A stretch of 33,547 bases of DNA, from assembly GCA_040902005.1 (NCBI GenBank), contig JBBDYA010000015.1:12922-46468 (forward strand), in the 5' to 3' direction. This document shows, piece after piece, positions 1-9,800 of the stretch (position 1 is the stretch's first letter; every line of letters begins with the position of its first letter). The position numbers were made by a program, and so were the translations under genes. This DNA comes from Gemmatimonadaceae bacterium. GTDB lineage: Bacteria; Gemmatimonadota; Gemmatimonadetes; Gemmatimonadales; Gemmatimonadaceae. The notes beneath the pieces were generated by a model. The model saw only the letters and a program-made list of their open reading frames with translations. It had not been told where the DNA came from and made no database searches.

Positions 1-63
1 CCATCCGCGCCATCCGCGCCATCCGCGCCATCCGCGCCATCCGCGCCATCCGCGCCATCCGCG
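1..63. repeat. 9-bp tandem repeat (CCATCCGCG)x7, running off the window edge
   Basis: Seven perfect copies visible at 1-63; reads (His-Pro-Arg)n in the frame of the downstream cyclophilin. Confidence 0.95.
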
Positions 64-697
64 CATTGCGCGGTATGGGCGTCTGTTCGCGGCCCTCGCC
101 GTCGCCGCCTGTTCCCAGCCACAGCACGCGAAGCTGCTGACGCCCGACGCTGACCTTCGCGCCCCCGACACTTTCCACGTGGAGTTCGAGACCAGCAAGG
201 GACGATTCACCGTGCAGGCGGTGCGCGCCTGGGCGCCGCTCGGCGCCGACCGGTTCTACTCGCTGGCCACCAACCGGTACTACGACGGCAACAAGTTCTT
301 CCGCGTGTTGAGCAACTTCGTTGTGCAGTTCGGCATCCACGGCGACCCGGCGGTGAGTGACGTGTGGGAATCCCGTACGCTCGCGGACGATCCCGCGACG
401 CAGTCCAACCTGGAGGGGACCGTCACCTTCGCCACGGGCGGCCAGAACACGCGCACCACGCAGCTCTTCATCAACAAGGGCGGGAATGCGCGGCTTGACG
501 CGATGGGGTTTGCGCCCATCGGCCGGGTGGTAAGCGGCATGAACGTGGTGCACCAACTGTACGGCGGCTACGGTGAGGGCCCCCCCGCGGGGAGCGGTCC
601 GGAGCAGGGCCGCATGCGGGAGCAGGGGAACGTGTACCTCAACCGCTTCTATCCCCGGCTCGATTCCATCGTTCGCGCGCGCGTCGTCCAGAATTGA
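2..697 (+). CDS. Cyclophilin-type peptidyl-prolyl cis-trans isomerase, probable lipoprotein (5' end uncertain/partial)
   Basis: Motifs ETSKG, YYDGNKFFRV, FVVQFG, RTTQLFIN, GFAPIGRVVSGM. The frame is open upstream of the GTG at 179 and encodes RYGRLFAALAVAA-C (Cys codon 110-112), a lipoprotein signal. Confidence 0.9.
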   Translation, partial: HPRHPRHPRHPRHPRHPRHPRIARYGRLFAALAVAACSQPQHAKLLTPDADLRAPDTFHVEFETSKGRFTVQAVRAWAPLGADRFYSLATNRYYDGNKFFRVLSNFVVQFGIHGDPAVSDVWESRTLADDPATQSNLEGTVTFATGGQNTRTTQLFINKGGNARLDAMGFAPIGRVVSGMNVVHQLYGGYGEGPPAGSGPEQGRMREQGNVYLNRFYPRLDSIVRARVVQN

Positions 698-753
698 CCC
701 ACGTGACGGGCGTCCTTCCTTTCCCCGGTCCCTGACGCGGGAGATTTCGATTC

Positions 754-1554
754 ATGGCCCATGCACCGCTGCCGATGTACCGCCGCGGATTTCTGGACAC
801 GATGCGGCGCGACGCCTGGTGGGTGTCGCCGCTGCTGACCCTGATCGTGCTCGGCGCGTTCGTGGTGTACGCGACCTGGGCGGCATTTCAGAACGCGCAC
901 TATGTGCACGGTCCCTACCTCTCGCCGTTCTATTCGCCGGAAATCTTCGGCAGTTCGCCGCATGCGATCCTCGGACCCAAACCGACGTGGTGGCCGGGCT
1001 GGCTCCCCTTTTCGCCGGCGCTGCTGATCCTCCCGTTCCCAGGCCTGTTCCGCTTCACGTGCTACTACTACCGCGGCGCGTACTACAAGGCCTTCTGGGC
1101 CGACCCGCCCAACTGCGCCGTGGGCGAGCCGCGCGACACCTATCGCGGCGAGAACTCCTTTCCGCTCATCCTCCAGAACGTGCACCGCTACTTCCTTTAT
1201 GTAGCGGTCGTCTTCCTGTTCATCCTCTCGTGGGACGTCTGGAAGGCCATGTGGTTCCAGACGGCGGACGGCGGAACGGAATTCGGCATTGGCCTGGGCA
1301 CGGTGGTCCTGGCCGCGAATGTGGTTTTCCTCACCTCCTATACGCTCGGCTGCCACGCCATGCGTCACGTCATCGGCGGCTACCTGGACCAGCTCGCGAA
1401 GCGCCCCGTGCGCAAGACGGCGTACGCGTGCTCCAGCTGCCTGAATCGCTGGCACATGAAGTGGGCGTACCTGAGCCTGTTCTCGGTGGCATTTTCGGAC
1501 ATCTACGTGCGGTTGTGTTCGATGGGGGTGTGGACGGATTGGAGGATTCTCTGA
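754..1554 (+). CDS. Membrane anchor of Sdh1-type (type F) succinate dehydrogenase, Rv0249c-like
   Basis: Several TM segments; motifs YLSPFYSP, FRFTCYYYRGAYY, NVHRYF, LGCHAMRH, WHMKWA; lies directly upstream of sdhA/sdhB. Confidence 0.85.
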   Translation: MAHAPLPMYRRGFLDTMRRDAWWVSPLLTLIVLGAFVVYATWAAFQNAHYVHGPYLSPFYSPEIFGSSPHAILGPKPTWWPGWLPFSPALLILPFPGLFRFTCYYYRGAYYKAFWADPPNCAVGEPRDTYRGENSFPLILQNVHRYFLYVAVVFLFILSWDVWKAMWFQTADGGTEFGIGLGTVVLAANVVFLTSYTLGCHAMRHVIGGYLDQLAKRPVRKTAYACSSCLNRWHMKWAYLSLFSVAFSDIYVRLCSMGVWTDWRIL

Positions 1555-1585
1555 TGCGGCTGCGTGTCGCATGTGCGGGGACATG

Positions 1586-3403
1586 ATGCCGGAATACCAG
1601 ACCAGCGAGTACGACGTCCTCGTCATCGGCGCCGGTGGCGCCGGGCTGCGCGCGGCCATCGAGGCGGCCACGCACGGCACACGCGTGGGCCTCATCTGCA
1701 AGTCGCTCCTGGGCAAGGCGCACACGGTGATGGCCGAGGGAGGCGCGGCGGCGGCGATGGGCAACGTGGACGACCGCGACAACTGGCGCGTGCATTTCGC
1801 CGACACCATGCGCGGAGGACAGTACGTCAACAACTGGCGCATGGCCGAGCTGCACGCGAAGGAGGCGCCGGATCGTGTGCGGGAGCTCGAGTCCTGGGGC
1901 GCGCTGTTCGACCGGACGCCGGACGGACGGATTCTCCAGCGCAACTTCGGCGGCCACCGGTATCCGCGCCTGGCGCACGTGGGCGACCGCACGGGGCTGG
2001 AGATGATCCGCACGCTCCAGGATCACGCCATCCACCAGACGATCGACGTGCACATGGAGCAGACGGTCGTGGCGCTCTTCAAGGACGGCGAGCGGGTTAC
2101 CGGCGCGCTGGGCTACGATCGCGAGCGCGGGCGGTTCCGTCTCTTTCGCGCCAACGCCATCGTGCTGGCCACCGGCGGCATCGGACGCGCGTACCGGATC
2201 ACGTCCAACAGCTGGGAGTACACCGGCGACGGGCACTCGCTGGCGTACCACGCGGGCGCCGCGCTCCAGGACCTGGAGTTCGTGCAGTTTCACCCCACCG
2301 GGATGGTGTGGCCTCCCAGCGTGCGCGGCATACTCGTGACCGAAGGCGTGCGGGGCGAAGGCGGCGTACTGCGCAACAGGGACGGCCGGCGCTTCATGTT
2401 CGACCACATCCCCGAGAACTACCGGCCGCAGACGGCGGACAACGAAGAGGAGGGGTGGCGCTACGTGCAGGGCGACAAGAACGCGCGCCGCCCGCCGGAG
2501 CTGCTCACGCGCGACCACGTGGCGCGCATGATCCAGCGTGAGGTGCGCGAGGGGCGCGGCTCCCCGCACGGCGGCGTCTTCCTGGACATCGCCTGGATCA
2601 AGGAGCGCATCCCGAAAGCCGAGGAGCACATCCGGAAAAAGCTCCCCAGCATGTATCACCAGTTCATGCAGCTCGCCGGCATCGACATCACGCGCGAGCC
2701 GATGGAGGTGGGGCCCACCACGCACTACATCATGGGTGGCATCCGGGTGGACGGCGACACGCAGATGTCCACCGTCCCCGGCCTGTTCGCCTGCGGCGAA
2801 TGCGCCGCGGGGCTGCACGGCGCGAACCGGCTGGGCGGCAACTCCCTGTCGGACCTGCTGGTGTTCGGGCGGCGCGCCGGGGAGCACGCGGCGCTCTTCG
2901 CCATGGCGCAGAGCGGCGGGACGGTGAACGAGGCGGACGTCGGCGCCACGATCCAGCACGCGCTGGCGCCGTTCGAGCGGGGTGGATCCGGCGAAGGAGC
3001 GTATCAGGTGCAGCACGAGCTCCAGGACACGATGCAGGACCTGGTGGGCATCGTGCGGCGCGAGGACGAAATGACGCGCGCGCTGACGGTGGTGGGCAAC
3101 CTGAAGTCCCGGGCCGCCCAGGTGGGCGTCAGCGGCAATCGCGAGTTCAACCCGGGATGGCACACCGCGCTGGACCTCACCCACCTGCTCACGGTGTCCG
3201 AGGCGATCACCCGCTGCGCCATCGAGCGCCGGGAAAGCCGCGGCGGTCACTTTCGCGAGGACTATCCCGACAAGTCGAACGAGTTCGGCGCGTTCAATCT
3301 CGTGGTGCGCAAGGGCGCCGGGGGCGAAATGCTCCTCACGCGCCAGCCCATTCCCCCCATGCCCGCCGAGCTCTCGGCGATCGTCGAGGAGATGACAGCG
3401 TGA
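1586..3403 (+). CDS. sdhA: Succinate dehydrogenase/fumarate reductase flavoprotein subunit
   Basis: IGAGGAG FAD-binding motif, AHTVMAEGG (covalent FAD His), QFHPTG, TEGVRGEGG, HYIMGGI, HGANRLGGNSL, ESRGGHFREDYP. Alternative starts at 1571 and 1583. Confidence 0.95.
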   Translation: MPEYQTSEYDVLVIGAGGAGLRAAIEAATHGTRVGLICKSLLGKAHTVMAEGGAAAAMGNVDDRDNWRVHFADTMRGGQYVNNWRMAELHAKEAPDRVRELESWGALFDRTPDGRILQRNFGGHRYPRLAHVGDRTGLEMIRTLQDHAIHQTIDVHMEQTVVALFKDGERVTGALGYDRERGRFRLFRANAIVLATGGIGRAYRITSNSWEYTGDGHSLAYHAGAALQDLEFVQFHPTGMVWPPSVRGILVTEGVRGEGGVLRNRDGRRFMFDHIPENYRPQTADNEEEGWRYVQGDKNARRPPELLTRDHVARMIQREVREGRGSPHGGVFLDIAWIKERIPKAEEHIRKKLPSMYHQFMQLAGIDITREPMEVGPTTHYIMGGIRVDGDTQMSTVPGLFACGECAAGLHGANRLGGNSLSDLLVFGRRAGEHAALFAMAQSGGTVNEADVGATIQHALAPFERGGSGEGAYQVQHELQDTMQDLVGIVRREDEMTRALTVVGNLKSRAAQVGVSGNREFNPGWHTALDLTHLLTVSEAITRCAIERRESRGGHFREDYPDKSNEFGAFNLVVRKGAGGEMLLTRQPIPPMPAELSAIVEEMTA

Positions 3404-4155
3404 CGAAGCGAACCTTCCAGGTGTGGCGCGGCGGCGGGCAGGGCGGCGCACTCCAGCACTACGACACCGACGTGGGCGAAGGGATGGTGGTGCTCGATGC
3501 CATCCAGCAGATCCAGGCGGAGCAGGCGCCCGATCTCGCCGTACGGTGGAACTGCAAGGCGGGCAAGTGCGGCTCGTGCTCGGCGGAGATCAACGGCATG
3601 CCGAAGCTGATGTGCATGACGCGCCTGAGCGACCTGCCGGGAGACAAGCCGGTGACCGTGGAGCCGATGCGCGCCTTTCCCGCGGTGCGCGACCTGGTGA
3701 CCGACGTGTCCGTGAACTTCCGCATGAAGAAGACGATCCGGAAGTTCCAGCCGCGCGCGCCGGACGCCCCCGACGGCACATGGCGCGTGCAGCAGTCGGA
3801 CGTGGACAGGGTACAGGAATTCCGGAAGTGCATCGAGTGCTTCCTGTGCCAGGACGTGTGCCATGTGCTGCGCGACCACCACAAGCACGAGGAGTTCGCC
3901 GGCCCCAGGCATTTCGTGTACGTGGCCGCGCTGGAGATGCACCCGCTGGACACGGGCGATCGCGTGCCGGCGCTCAAGGGCCAGCACGGCATCGGCTATT
4001 GCAACATCACCAAGTGCTGCACCAATGTGTGTCCGGAGCACATCACCATCACGGACAACGCCATCATCCCGCTGAAGGAGCGCGTGGTGGACGAGTTCTA
4101 CGATCCGGTGGGCAAGCTCGTGAAGATCTTCAGCAGACGGAAACCCGTGCAGTGA
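3400..4155 (+). CDS. sdhB: Succinate dehydrogenase/fumarate reductase iron-sulfur subunit
   Basis: CKAGKCGSC..C, CIECFLCQDVC and CNITKCCTNVCP cysteine clusters; the GTG start overlaps the sdhA stop (GTGA). Confidence 0.95.
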   Translation: MTKRTFQVWRGGGQGGALQHYDTDVGEGMVVLDAIQQIQAEQAPDLAVRWNCKAGKCGSCSAEINGMPKLMCMTRLSDLPGDKPVTVEPMRAFPAVRDLVTDVSVNFRMKKTIRKFQPRAPDAPDGTWRVQQSDVDRVQEFRKCIECFLCQDVCHVLRDHHKHEEFAGPRHFVYVAALEMHPLDTGDRVPALKGQHGIGYCNITKCCTNVCPEHITITDNAIIPLKERVVDEFYDPVGKLVKIFSRRKPVQ

Positions 4156-4165
4156 CGGTGGCGAC

Positions 4166-4663
4166 ATGAACCTGAAACCGATTTCCCGCGAAGGCATTCC
4201 CGCGGCGCTCCAGAAGGCGGAGCGCTACCGGCTGTTGCACGATTCCACGGCGGCGGAAAGCATCTGTCTCGACATCCTCCAGGTGGAGCCCGACAACCAG
4301 CAGGCGCAGGTCATGCTGCTGCTGTCCATTACCGACCAGTTCGCGGAGGACACGGGTGACGCGGTGAAGCGCGCGCGCGAGGTGCTTCCCGCGCTGAAGG
4401 ACGAGTACAAGCGCGCGTACTACTCCGGCATCATCAGCGAGCGGAAGGCCAAGGCGGTGATCGCACGCGGGCGGATGGGCGTGGACGACGTGGCACACGA
4501 CTGGTTCCGGGACGCCATGCGCTGGTACGAGAAGGCCGAGGCGCTGCGTCCCGCGGGCAACGACGAGTCGATCCTCCGCTGGAACACCTGCGCGCGGCTG
4601 CTGCGCCGACACCGGCCGTCGGTGTCCACGGCCGAGGAGCTCGAGCCGGTCCTGGGCGAGTAA
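4166..4663 (+). CDS. Hypothetical helical (TPR-like) protein, last gene of the sdh operon
   Basis: 165-aa ORF 10 bp after sdhB, with typical codon usage and an amphipathic helix pattern (AESICLDILQVEPDNQQA, AMRWYEKAEALRP). Confidence 0.75.
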   Translation: MNLKPISREGIPAALQKAERYRLLHDSTAAESICLDILQVEPDNQQAQVMLLLSITDQFAEDTGDAVKRAREVLPALKDEYKRAYYSGIISERKAKAVIARGRMGVDDVAHDWFRDAMRWYEKAEALRPAGNDESILRWNTCARLLRRHRPSVSTAEELEPVLGE

Positions 4664-4665
4664 GC

Positions 4666-6858
4666 TCACGGGTTGGTCCGCAGCACCAGCACCGCGAGGA
4701 TCTCGGGCGCGGATTCGCGCGGACGCGCGTGTTGCATCGCGAAGGTCTCTACCGCCCGGAGCCACGCCTCGTCGCGCAGGTCCGCCGTGGACAGCCGGTC
4801 GAGCACGCGCTCGGCGCCGGCGGACAGCGTCGCCACCGCTGTGCTGCGCGCGGCGTGCATCAGCGGCGCGAGCCGTGGCTGCGCGTGGCGCGGCGCCCGA
4901 CGGGCAATGGCGTCCACCCGGCGCAACAGCTGTCGCCGCGCCCGCGCGACGCGCAGCGCCGGCAGTTCGACCACCTCTGCCACCAGCCGGCGTCGCAGCC
5001 ACTGCGCCAGTGTCGCCAGGACGTTCTCGAGCACCGCGTGCGGCAGCGGCCGGTCGTCGCCACCCGCGCACTCCAGCAGGCGCTCGACTGTCTCGCGCGA
5101 CTCCGTCACGGTGGCGCCGTCCACGCACGCGAGGACCACTGCGTCGTGCTGACGGACGCACGCGATCGCGCCATTCCGCGGCGCACAGACCGCGGCCGCG
5201 AGCGGACGCGCGCCGTCCGGTGACTCGAGCGGCGCGCGCCATCGGAGCAGGATGGTGGCGATGCGCTGCTCGCTGGGCGCGGCGTGGCCGGATTCCTCAC
5301 CCTGGCCGGCGTCCGGCAGGACGGCGCCCGACGGCCCCACCGAGCGCGCGGCCGTGTCGAGCTTCTGGCGCAGGCGCTCCTCAATCCGCAACAGGCGTTC
5401 TGCCGGCGCAGCCGGAGGGGCGACGTACACCGTCACCGTGTCGCGCGCTGCGCCCATGCGCCTGAGCCGTCCCACCCGCTGCTCCAGTCGCGCCGGATTC
5501 CACGACAGGTCCAGGTGCACCACCACGCTGGCGGACTGCAGATTCACCCCCTCGCTCAAAACGTCAGTCGTCAGCAGCAGTTCGATCCGGTCACTGTCGG
5601 TGACACGCGCGCCACCCGGCGCAAAGCGGTCCAGCACGTCGCGCCGGGTCATCGGGCCTCCCGCCACGCGGCCGCCGCCGTGCGTCAGCATGGCCACGCG
5701 CGCGTTGGCCCTCAGTGCGCGAAAGAACATCGAGACCGTCTCGGCGTACTCACTGAACGCCACGACGCGTTCGCCGCGGTGACGCTCGAGCACCGCGGAC
5801 AGCGCCGCCGAGCGCGCGACGTCAGGATCCGCTGAGGAAGCGAGCCACGCCAGCAGGTCACGCACGCCATCCATGTGCGTTCGCACCTGATCCAGCAGCG
5901 GCGCCACCTGCGGCGGGCGCGCGTCCGCGCTGAACTCCGGGAACGCCAGTTGCTGGACGCCGTCCGCGTAGCACCACGCCGCGAGGTCGCCGCGGGTGGG
6001 CAGGCGTCCAGTTGCCAGTGCGTCTTCCATGGCGCGCGCCCGCGCGAGGCGGCGCTGGAGCGCCGCCCGGAGCGCCGCGCGGCTCGACGCCCACTGCCGC
6101 ACGAGCGAATAGGTGAGCAGCGCGCCGGCCTCGCCGCCGTCGGCCGGGGGCAGCGGCGGGGGCAGCGCGCAGAGGCGCTCGAGGCAGTCCGCGTCCGCCA
6201 CGAAGCCAAGCCACCGCGGAGGCGCCACGTGTGGCAGCCCGAGCGACGTGGGATGCGCCAGGTCCCGTTCCACGCGACGCACGATGAATCGCGCCAGGTC
6301 GCCGGCCTCCATGGCGTGTGCCCGCTCGCCGAGAAAGAGCGAGAGTACCACGCGCAGGTCCGCCAGCCGGTTCTGCACCGGTGTCGCGCTGAGCAGAAGG
6401 ACGCGGGCGCGCCGGCACAGCTCCGCGGCCGCGGCAAACCGTCGAGTGCGCGGAGAGCGCAGGTGGTGCGCCTCGTCGACGATGACGAGCGCGGCCCGCT
6501 CGTTTGGCGCTCCACGTCGCCCGAGTTGCTCGACGGACAGGAAGCGCACCACCACGCCCGACCTGGTTGCGGCGGCCAGCCAGCCGTCGCGTAGCGCCGC
6601 GGGTGCGATGACCATCACGTCGCGCGCGTCGCGCGCGATCGAGAGCGCGACGAACGTCTTTCCCAGCCCGACGTCATCCGCGAGCAGCGCGCCGCCGTGG
6701 GCTGCCATGATCTGCCGCACCCGTTCCACACCCTCCATCTGGTGCGGGTGAAGGCGCACGTCGCCGAGGGCGTCGCCCACGTGGTGGGGCCCCAGCACGT
6801 GCCGGGCGATCGCGGCACGCGCGTCCGCGGCGGTCACGCGCTGCATCACGGGATTCAT
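4666..6858 (-). CDS. SNF2/RapA-like superfamily 2 helicase/ATPase
   Basis: LLADDVGLGKT (Walker A), IVDEAHH, LLLSATPVQN, TTDVLSEGVNLQ, DLSWNPARLEQRVGR. ATG at 6858 overlaps the methyltransferase stop (ATGA). Confidence 0.9.
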   Translation of the reverse strand: MNPVMQRVTAADARAAIARHVLGPHHVGDALGDVRLHPHQMEGVERVRQIMAAHGGALLADDVGLGKTFVALSIARDARDVMVIAPAALRDGWLAAATRSGVVVRFLSVEQLGRRGAPNERAALVIVDEAHHLRSPRTRRFAAAAELCRRARVLLLSATPVQNRLADLRVVLSLFLGERAHAMEAGDLARFIVRRVERDLAHPTSLGLPHVAPPRWLGFVADADCLERLCALPPPLPPADGGEAGALLTYSLVRQWASSRAALRAALQRRLARARAMEDALATGRLPTRGDLAAWCYADGVQQLAFPEFSADARPPQVAPLLDQVRTHMDGVRDLLAWLASSADPDVARSAALSAVLERHRGERVVAFSEYAETVSMFFRALRANARVAMLTHGGGRVAGGPMTRRDVLDRFAPGGARVTDSDRIELLLTTDVLSEGVNLQSASVVVHLDLSWNPARLEQRVGRLRRMGAARDTVTVYVAPPAAPAERLLRIEERLRQKLDTAARSVGPSGAVLPDAGQGEESGHAAPSEQRIATILLRWRAPLESPDGARPLAAAVCAPRNGAIACVRQHDAVVLACVDGATVTESRETVERLLECAGGDDRPLPHAVLENVLATLAQWLRRRLVAEVVELPALRVARARRQLLRRVDAIARRAPRHAQPRLAPLMHAARSTAVATLSAGAERVLDRLSTADLRDEAWLRAVETFAMQHARPRESAPEILAVLVLRTNP

Positions 6859-9800
6859 CGCGCGTCCAGCAGCGCGGCGACGTCGCGTCGATCGAGCCCG
6901 TACGCCGCCATGGTGGCCTCCAGGAGTCGTTCCTCCGCGTCGGTATCGGCCGGCGACGCCCCTCGGGCTTCCATGGCGGCGGCTGCGAGCACCTGCCGCG
7001 CGCGCGGCCAGTCGCGTGGCACTGGCAACTGTCCCACGGTCCAACCCAGGTAGCGACGGTAGCCGCCGCGCGCCGGTTCGGCGAGCGCGTTCAGCCATCG
7101 CGCCACCAGTCGGGAGTTGAGGAGCGCGGCCAGCGCCCAGGCGTCGCACGGATCGGCGCAGCGCACCACGTAGCACGTGTTGAGTGGCACCGTTGGGTCG
7201 TGCGGGGCAAGGACCAGCGCGCGCGGACGACGCCCGAAATCCGCCCACACGACGCGACTCGCGGAAGCATCCGCGGCGTCCACGCGAAAGAGCGCCCACC
7301 AGCGCCTGCCGCGCGAGTCGCTGCGCGCGGTCAGCTCGCCATAGTACGGACGCAGCCAGGCCCGAGCCCGGTCCGGCAGGCGCGCCAGCGGGCCGCGCTC
7401 GTCGTGCGTCCACAGAATCCACTCGTCGCACGGCCGGCGCTGCCACGGGGTCACCGCATCGCCGCGCAGCGCGGGCCGCAGCAGCGACAGTTCTACCTTG
7501 CCCTTCTCGCCATCCGATCCCGCCACGGTGGCAATGTCGCGCGTGGCGTTTGCAAGCCGCACGAGAAACGCCGCGTTGCATCCGGACTTCACGCCCAGTC
7601 GCGGCGCGCCGAACAAAGACGCGGCGAGCGCGGTGCCGGAGCGGCGCAGGCGGTCGAACGCCGCGCGCGCGTCGGGTGGGAGGACCACCCACGGCGCGCC
7701 GGGCGATTCGTCGAAGGCGAGGGTGTGCAATGCCGCGCGCCACTGCCGGCTTCCCTCGCGATCGTGGACCGCCACGTGGACGGCCGCCGCGGATGGACGC
7801 TCGCTCCGGGAGACCAGCAGCGACGGATACACCGCCGCGTCGAACGCATGGCGCGACTCGCTCAAGTCCTCGAGGCGCAGCACCGACGTTCGCTCGGACA
7901 GGTACTGTCGCAGGCCCCCCGCCGACAGCGAATGCCAGAGCTTGACGGGCAGCAGCAGCGACGCGATCCCCCCTGGCCGCAGGAGGCGCACCGAACGCTC
8001 TGCAAACAGCGCCGCGAGGTCCACCTGCGACGCGAATCCGCGCGCGGCGTTCGCGCCGGAAGCGCCCGACGCCCAGGGCGCCGCGCGAAACACGTCGTAC
8101 GTCTGCCTGAACTGCTGCCGGAGCGCGCCGGGAATGCGGTGCAGGCGCACCCAGGGCGGATTGCCCAGGACCACGTGAAATCCGCCCGCGCCGTGCGCGT
8201 CGGCAAAGCAGGCGGGGAAGGAGAACGGCAGCGCGCCACCGTCCGCGAGTCGCCGCCGATCGCCGCGGAGCGCGCGCAGCGCGTCGCGCAACCGCTTCGA
8301 CTCACGGCGGCTTTCCGCCGCCAGCACGGCGCGCTCGCCGAAGAGGTCGCGGCCACGCTGGGCGGTCAGCAACTCGCGGCGCGCGTGGTGCGCTGCCGCG
8401 ATCTCGCGATCGGCATGCGCGATGGCCCGCCGGCGTTCCTCGCGATCGAGCGCGCGCGCGAGCGTCCGCTTGCGGGTGCCCGTGGCGCGGACGTAGCGCT
8501 CGCGCAACAGCAACAGGTGGCGCCCGCCGGGGGCCGGCACATCGGTCGGCCGGAACGCCGCGCCCACGAGCGAGTCCCCGGCCCGGATGTTCCGATCCAG
8601 GTTCGGCAGTGGCGTGACGCGCAGCGGGTCCGTTTCGCCGCATTCGATCACCACCGAAAGCCAGAGCCGCAGTTCGCAGAGCCACACCGCGGTGGGATCG
8701 CGGTCCACGCCAAAGATCGAGCGCGTGAGCACGTCCCGACGCACCTCCGAGATGGACGCCGGGTCGCCGAGCTCCACGCGTCGCGCCGCGAGTCGCTCCA
8801 GCACGTGGACGAGAAAGGCGCCGGACCCGCACGCGGGATCGAGGACGCGCAACGACCGCATCGCGTGCACGCTCGCCATGTCCTGGGCCGGCAGGGCGTG
8901 GAGGGCGCTGTCCGCGACGCGCGCCACCAGTGCGTGGGGGGTGTAGAACGCGCCGCTCGACCGGCGTTCGGCCGGCGCCATCAGGCACTCGAACGCGCGG
9001 CCGAGCATTTCCGGATCGACCGATGCCTCGGACCAGAGCGCGGAGTCCTCGCGGGCCACGAACCGGAACCGCTGGAACACCTGCTGGAGCAGCGAGCCCA
9101 GTCGCTCATCGGGAAAACAGAATCCGCCCAGCCGGCGCTCGAGTGGCGTGCGGGCGAAGAGTCCGCCGTTCAGAAACGGGATGCGCCCCAGCTGCCGGGC
9201 GCCGCCGGCGCGCCGCGACGGAGGCGTGTTGAGCGTGCCGAAAAACAGGGGAAGCAGCACGCCGCGGTGAAAGCCGCCGCCGCCCCGCATGCACTCGTCG
9301 AAGCGCCCGGCGAGGAATCCGCGATCGCCGTTCAACCATCCCTTCGCCTCGAGAAAACACAGGAAGAGCAGCCGCGAGGCATACAGGAGTGCCGCCGCCC
9401 TCGCGTCGTCCGGCGCGATGGCCGCCGGCAACGAGAGCCCCAGCGCGTTCACCTCGGATTCCAGCACGCGGTAGAAGCGGCGCGTCAGGGCATCGCGTCC
9501 CAGCACGTCCAGCCAGTGGGTGTGCAGTTCCACGTCGTGCTCGGCGCGCGCGGTCGTGAGCGCGCACAGCGTCTCCGCGTCCGAGGCCAGGATGTGCCCG
9601 GGTTCCCACACGAAGCACGCCAGCCGGGGCGCGCGCGCTCCGTTCGGCCACGCCGCGATCCCCGCCGTCGCGCCCGCGGCGTCCACCGCCGCCAGGATCC
9701 ACAGGACGTGCGGGGCGCGCGTGCCCAGCCGCGTCGCGATGCGCTGCAACAGATCGCGCAGGGGTGTGGCGCCTTGAGCGCGAACCACGAGCACGCGTGT

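Noticed and set aside
6859..7743. N-terminal extension of the 1025-aa helicase ORF
   Set aside because: Overlaps the methyltransferase in another frame; the ATGA-coupled start at 6858 is more plausible.
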